Shown one piece after another: positions 8,310-12,662 of a stretch of 12,662 nt of DNA. Both the position numbers and the translations under genes were made by a program. The notes under the pieces are model-generated. The model saw nothing but the letters and a program-made list of their open reading frames with translations. It searched no databases and was not told the DNA's origin. How positions within the stretch are numbered: the first letter of the stretch is position 1; the number at the start of each line of letters is the position of its first letter. The stretch is from Fidelibacterota bacterium (GTDB taxonomy: Bacteria > Fidelibacterota > Marinisomatia > Marinisomatales > TCS55), in contig JBHHTW010000047.1 in NCBI GenBank assembly GCA_046861385.1, positions 1 to 12,662 of the forward strand. Reading direction: 5' to 3'.

Positions 8310-8354
8310 AAAAAAGAAAATGACCGTCCCGGAATCTTGACCTTCCGGGACGGT
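8310..8354 (-). terminator. Rho-independent terminator (possibly also acting on the + strand gene)
   Basis: Perfect 12-bp stem ACCGTCCCGGAA (8323-8334) / TTCCGGGACGGT (8343-8354), 8-nt loop, followed on the minus strand by CATTTTCTTTTTT. Confidence 0.85.
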
Positions 8355-8445
8355 ACAATCCATTATTGCTTAAAAACGCTTTTATTCCAATATTTATTCC
8401 GTAAGCCTTAGTTGGTTCCTGACTCAATCTGAGCAGAAACAATGG
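8310..8445 (-). ncRNA. Candidate small RNA or structured 3' UTR
   Basis: TATAAT (minus 8456-8451), then a hairpin at 8440-8415, an AU-rich middle and the terminator. No known family recognised. Confidence 0.3.
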
Positions 8446-8522
8446 AACTAATTATAATTAATAATAAGCATTTTCACTTTTATTTTTTCTCTTATGTTTT
8501 TTCTTTTTTAGATTTATTTCAA

Positions 8523-9683
8523 TCAAAATTTGTAATAAAATGCGATAAAGGGTCTTTGAAAATGTATACCAATTCTGAATTTCTCATTATAAGCATAGAT
8601 AAATCCAAAATCAAAATCAATGTCTGTTACTTCTTCGTCTTCAAAGTATTCCAGAGTTGACATCCAATAAGGATCCCAGAATACTTCAAAAATGAGTTTT
8701 AAATTTCGCCGAGCATCTGCATTAAAAGCATAATACGCCCTGGGCAGTAGGTCATAACCCCTGTAAGAAGTTAAAGATAGACCAATGGTATGATTAATCC
8801 GCCCATGCCCTGATTCCCTTATACTTGAAATCGTGTAAGCTCCAAAAATTTCCCACCAAATATGGCTTCCTATAAAACCTGATTCATAATAAGCGTTTTC
8901 AATTACGCCATCGCCATCCAAATCTTCTTCTATAAATTCTGATCCAATTCTTACATATTGTGTTTCGAATCTCTTTCCAATTGAATCAACTCCATTTTCA
9001 TTATAATACACTTCTGGCGCATCCCACGTCTTGAGTTCATATTTATTGGGAAGACCACGCATATGAAAATGGCCTCCGATTGAAAATGCCTTCTCAGACT
9101 TAAGATTACCTTTTTTATATATCATAAACTTGGGGCGAAAATTTAAATCTCCGATAAAATATCCTCCCCAATTAGATGTGATGTGTAATTGATCTGTGAG
9201 TCCATAACCCCAGGAAAGGCCGCTCAAATATAGGACATTGTTTTCTAAGGGATAACCGGTAGGATCAAAAAATATATCAATCAAGCGTTCTTCACCATAA
9301 TACCAACGGCCTGCTTCTCCTTGTCCGGGGCGGGAAAATTCATTCCTTTTTTTTCCTTGTGGACGAAAGTCTAATCGCTCAATTTTTTCATGGTCAATAA
9401 AAACTTCTCCAAATTGTGCTTTTACGGTAATACCCTCTTCATTTTCAGATAAAATGATTCCCCGAAGTTGATCACCGGATTTTAGGAAAATATAAACTTC
9501 TTCAGGTTTAACGTCCGTCCTTTTTATGGTGATTTCACCAAATGAAGTTCCGACAGTAAAGGTAGAATCTGATTGGGATATAACGGTACCGGTCACTTTA
9601 TCACCGGATTTCATATAAAAGGTTTTCTCCTGTGGAAAACCACTTCCAACCATAAGAATAATTATTAATAATAATTTATTCAT
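8523..9683 (-). CDS. Secreted, probable outer-membrane protein with two N-terminal small beta-domain repeats
   Basis: Signal peptide MNKLLLIIILMVGSG; two ~43-aa repeats (KSGD..G.[VI]IS...FGE); amphipathic aromatic strands; C-terminal YYKF. GGGAG SD-like site upstream. Confidence 0.8.
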   Translation of the reverse strand: MNKLLLIIILMVGSGFPQEKTFYMKSGDKVTGTVISQSDSTFTVGTSFGEITIKRTDVKPEEVYIFLKSGDQLRGIILSENEEGITVKAQFGEVFIDHEKIERLDFRPQGKKRNEFSRPGQGEAGRWYYGEERLIDIFFDPTGYPLENNVLYLSGLSWGYGLTDQLHITSNWGGYFIGDLNFRPKFMIYKKGNLKSEKAFSIGGHFHMRGLPNKYELKTWDAPEVYYNENGVDSIGKRFETQYVRIGSEFIEEDLDGDGVIENAYYESGFIGSHIWWEIFGAYTISSIRESGHGRINHTIGLSLTSYRGYDLLPRAYYAFNADARRNLKLIFEVFWDPYWMSTLEYFEDEEVTDIDFDFGFIYAYNEKFRIGIHFQRPFIAFYYKF

Positions 9684-9749
9684 GGTGATGATTGTCTCTC
9701 CCTGGGATGAGACAAAGACCGTAATATTTGGTTTTCATTGGAATTATAC

Positions 9750-9804
9750 TTCTGTAATTCATATTACTTGAATAATATTACAGAATATATTAATTTTATT
9801 CAAG
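9750..9804. promoter_or_regulatory. Putative overlapping divergent promoters and operator inverted repeats
   Basis: Plus: TTGAAT(9768-73)-17-TAATTT(9791-96). Minus: TTGAAT(9803-9798)-17-TAATAT(9780-75). Inverted repeats TTCTGTAAT/ATTACAGAA and CTTGAATAA/TTATTCAAG. Confidence 0.45.
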
Positions 9805-9812
9805 AATAATTT

Positions 9813-10529
9813 ATGAATACGACTACAGTACAAAAAATAATATCAGATGTAATGGCGGATCATGGTTTTCGTCATAAGTATCAGGTGGCGAAATATTTTG
9901 GCGTAACCCCTCAGGCAGTAAGCACTTGGCTTACCAATGGGAATATGCCATCCAAGCATATTTTAAAGTATCAATCTGAGTTAGCCAACAATAATCCTTT
10001 ACCGACCCCTGCAGCCATTTCCGGTGAAAAATCTATAAGCCAATTAAAATCTGTTATTGATTATCTCATCACGGAGAACATAACGCTCAAAAATCAAATC
10101 GCTCGTTTAAATCAAGATTTGGAAAACCTTCGGTCATCAAAGGGGAAAGGCGATCTGATCGAAAAAATAAATGCAGAAACTTTATACATTTCAGGACGCA
10201 TATCAGATGGTGTTATTACTGATATTCAAGGCAACTGGCCACAGCTCATGGGATATAATGAAAAGGATTTGATGGGACATAAATACGATCGGGAGGATTT
10301 GATTCACCCCGATGAATTTGAGCGAACTAAAAGACACCAGCGAATATTAAGGAAATCTGAAGGGATAAAAGAGACCCGATTCAGTACCATTCAGCGCTGG
10401 AAACATGGAAAAACCGGCCAATACATCATGCTCAGCATGGTTTGGTATGCGAATATCGAAAATGATCTGATAGATATTGTTGCCAAACCAATTGATTCAG
10501 TTATGGACTCTAATTATATCTCAGTTTAA
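9813..10529 (+). CDS. HTH (CI/Cro-like) - coiled coil - PAS domain putative transcriptional regulator
   Basis: QVAKYFGVTPQAVSTWLTNGNMP (HTH), LITENITLKNQIARLNQDLENL (heptad repeat), LMGYNEKDLMG...LIHPDE (PAS signature). Confidence 0.82.
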   Translation: MNTTTVQKIISDVMADHGFRHKYQVAKYFGVTPQAVSTWLTNGNMPSKHILKYQSELANNNPLPTPAAISGEKSISQLKSVIDYLITENITLKNQIARLNQDLENLRSSKGKGDLIEKINAETLYISGRISDGVITDIQGNWPQLMGYNEKDLMGHKYDREDLIHPDEFERTKRHQRILRKSEGIKETRFSTIQRWKHGKTGQYIMLSMVWYANIENDLIDIVAKPIDSVMDSNYISV

Positions 10530-12526
10530 TTTTTGTTGTGATATAACATATACTTTGCTGTTTCGTAAATACCATCTGACATTTTTTTAAACAGCATGGT
10601 TTCTTCAGGATAATCATTCTTCACATCTATTCCCGGCTCGTCTTTCTTCAGGTTATGAAATTCCATTCCGGAACCATTGCGAAAAATTCTCAGGTAATAA
10701 TCTTTGTTTAGCACCCCATAACTACTTGGGGATATTTTTTTATTGACAATAAATGCAAAATCTTTTTCACTCTTTAGAATGTCCCTACCCAATGTTTTAT
10801 TGGTGAAGTCAATACCGCTTAGGCCTGCGACAGTTGGCATCAGGTCAGCCAGTCCGCTGATAATTTGAATCCTTTGCGCCTGAATGTCTAATCCAGGAGA
10901 ATAAATTATTAGGGGGACATTATATGATCTTAATCTTAGAGCATAATCATCCGGTGACATGTGCTCAGCTTTTGGATCTGCATTGCCGTGATCACCAAAT
11001 AATACAAAAATCGTATTTTCGTAATAATCAGACTTTTCAGCCATGTTGAAAAATTGACCTATTGAATGATCCAGAAAACGCATGGCATTGAATTGATCTA
11101 AAGAACTGAATCCTGCTTTTCTTAATAACTTTTCTTCCGCCTCCTTCATTTCAAAACCATCATTGTCTTCCGGAATAGAATATGGTCTGTGATTTCCGGC
11201 AGTTTGTACAATAGCAAAGAATGGTTTTTCATCTTCTCGATTCGAAAATAAATCGTGAGCCTCTCGAAATAAGTCCAGATCGGAAATTCCCCAAACATCC
11301 AATCTCGGTCTGTCAAAATCTCCTAATTCAGAAATTTTCATATCTTTTAAATTATTGGTTATTAAACTGCGGATATTGGCCCAGCTCGCGCTGCCTCCCA
11401 TGAGGAAATATTTATTATGATTTTCAAATTGTGATATGATACTGTACTGATCACGAATGAGTGGATTTCTAGAGGATGTTTTAGTCCGGGCTACGTCCGG
11501 TATGCCCGTAAACATTGTAAATAACGATCGGGAAGTACTCACCCATGGAACATAAAATTTGTCAAAAAATAATCCCTGACCGGCTATTCGATCTAAATTG
11601 GGTGTCGGATTGAATGGATTTCCCATCATCCCCATTCGATTTAGTCCCACAGATTCCATGAAAATAATTACCACATTCGGAGTAGGGTTATCGGTTTTAT
11701 CTGATTTGACATGTCTGGTAAAATTCAAACTTTCAATATCCGGTTTGTCAACTCCCAGCCAATCAGAAATCAATGGATAATATTCGCGCACTTTTTCCTC
11801 ATCATAATCTGCTTCACTAAACGAAGCAGTGTCATAAAAGTACAGAACAGGATTTAGGGCCAATGCAGAGACAAATGGATCCGGATTAAAAAATGCATCA
11901 CTCCAAAACAAAGCGTATTGGGAAAATGTTCCCCACATGCTGAAGAAATAAATCAATCCACCCAAAATTATTCCAGTCGTTTTTGAAGAAGCATCAAAAT
12001 ATTTTGGCTGTTTAGTTACGGTCTTTCTAACTATGATATTGTGCAATTTTATCCAGCTTATCCAAAGTATCCCCAAAATAAAAACAATCAAAACAACCGG
12101 GTAGCTTTCCCAAACCACCTGGAATGATATGGCTGGATTTTCCATCAAACTTAATGCAGTTATATCCACCCGTTGCTGGAGATATGAATAATGCCCAAAG
12201 TCTGCTGTGTAGAAAATAACAGCGACTGCAATCAATATAGCATAAATCCATTTTCCAACTATTCGTATTCGTGATGAACGACCCATATTTACGGTCGGAA
12301 TTATGGACAGGATCAATAAAGGTAATGAAATCAATATGGATAAGCGGAGGTCAAAACGAGCACCCATCCATAAAGCGCGTGAAATGTCATCGGTAGTGAC
12401 ATCAGCAGCTGTATTTGAGAATGTATAATAGAATCCGATCCGAAATAAAACAAACAGGACCCACGACAGCCCAACCACTCCTAACAAATAGCGCAATCGT
12501 CGGGAGCGGAGAAAGAGGAAATTCAT
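10526..12526 (-). CDS. LTA synthase / phosphoglycerol transferase family membrane protein (alkaline phosphatase-sulfatase superfamily)
   Basis: About five N-terminal TM helices; PNVVIIFMES, TPNLD, candidate catalytic Thr in VSTSRS, NHRPY, FGDHG, DLMPT. GAGGA SD at 12541-12537. Confidence 0.9.
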   Translation of the reverse strand: MNFLFLRSRRLRYLLGVVGLSWVLFVLFRIGFYYTFSNTAADVTTDDISRALWMGARFDLRLSILISLPLLILSIIPTVNMGRSSRIRIVGKWIYAILIAVAVIFYTADFGHYSYLQQRVDITALSLMENPAISFQVVWESYPVVLIVFILGILWISWIKLHNIIVRKTVTKQPKYFDASSKTTGIILGGLIYFFSMWGTFSQYALFWSDAFFNPDPFVSALALNPVLYFYDTASFSEADYDEEKVREYYPLISDWLGVDKPDIESLNFTRHVKSDKTDNPTPNVVIIFMESVGLNRMGMMGNPFNPTPNLDRIAGQGLFFDKFYVPWVSTSRSLFTMFTGIPDVARTKTSSRNPLIRDQYSIISQFENHNKYFLMGGSASWANIRSLITNNLKDMKISELGDFDRPRLDVWGISDLDLFREAHDLFSNREDEKPFFAIVQTAGNHRPYSIPEDNDGFEMKEAEEKLLRKAGFSSLDQFNAMRFLDHSIGQFFNMAEKSDYYENTIFVLFGDHGNADPKAEHMSPDDYALRLRSYNVPLIIYSPGLDIQAQRIQIISGLADLMPTVAGLSGIDFTNKTLGRDILKSEKDFAFIVNKKISPSSYGVLNKDYYLRIFRNGSGMEFHNLKKDEPGIDVKNDYPEETMLFKKMSDGIYETAKYMLYHNKN

Positions 12527-12603
12527 TATACTTCTATCCTCATTAATTCACCAGCTTTGCAATAGTACGGATTCGATTGAAAAGAAGTTTTAGAGTAGTA
12601 TTG

Positions 12604-12661
12604 AACATAAAACGTAAATATGTAAAACGTAAATCGCGCTTCTTTACATAATTACGTTTTA
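12604..12661. repeat. Short 7/8-mer array forming a 19-bp inverted repeat
   Basis: 12608-12626 TAAAACGTAAATATGTAAA vs 12643-12661 (reverse complement TAAAACGTAATTATGTAAA): 1 mismatch, 16-nt spacer. TAAAACGTAAAT is repeated at 12608 and 12623. Confidence 0.75.
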
Positions 12662-12662
12662 A

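Noticed and set aside
8442-8660. 72-aa plus-strand ORF
   Set aside because: Low-complexity AT-rich translation, antisense to the 8523-9683 gene.
9813-10529. Prophage repressor or prophage remnant
   Set aside because: No integrase, structural or other phage genes nearby.
11221-12251. Short ORFs inside the LTA-synthase gene
   Set aside because: Shadow frames of a well-supported CDS.

Overview
AT-rich chromosomal segment of a diderm bacterium (inference: FCB-group-like, e.g. Marinimicrobia-type). A minus-strand run (sfsA, Ig-like lipoprotein, mannose-1-phosphate guanylyltransferase, small hypothetical, EF-G paralogue of EF-G2 type) ends in a four-helix-bundle (23S-IVP/Avd-like) gene. Also present: a flavin reductase-family gene paired with a degenerate AMP-binding-fold gene, a probable outer-membrane protein divergent from an HTH-coiled coil-PAS regulator, and an LTA-synthase/sulfatase-family enzyme. 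The most striking feature is the four-helix-bundle gene bracketed by two heptamer-based tandem arrays in inverted orientation (15-bp x11 upstream, 14-bp x4 or more downstream). The upstream array is spanned by an ORF overlapping both neighbouring genes, suggesting a self-pairing, non-polar insertion cassette. A smaller ORF-less inverted 7/8-mer array occurs at the right edge. A candidate sRNA lies at about 8310-8450.
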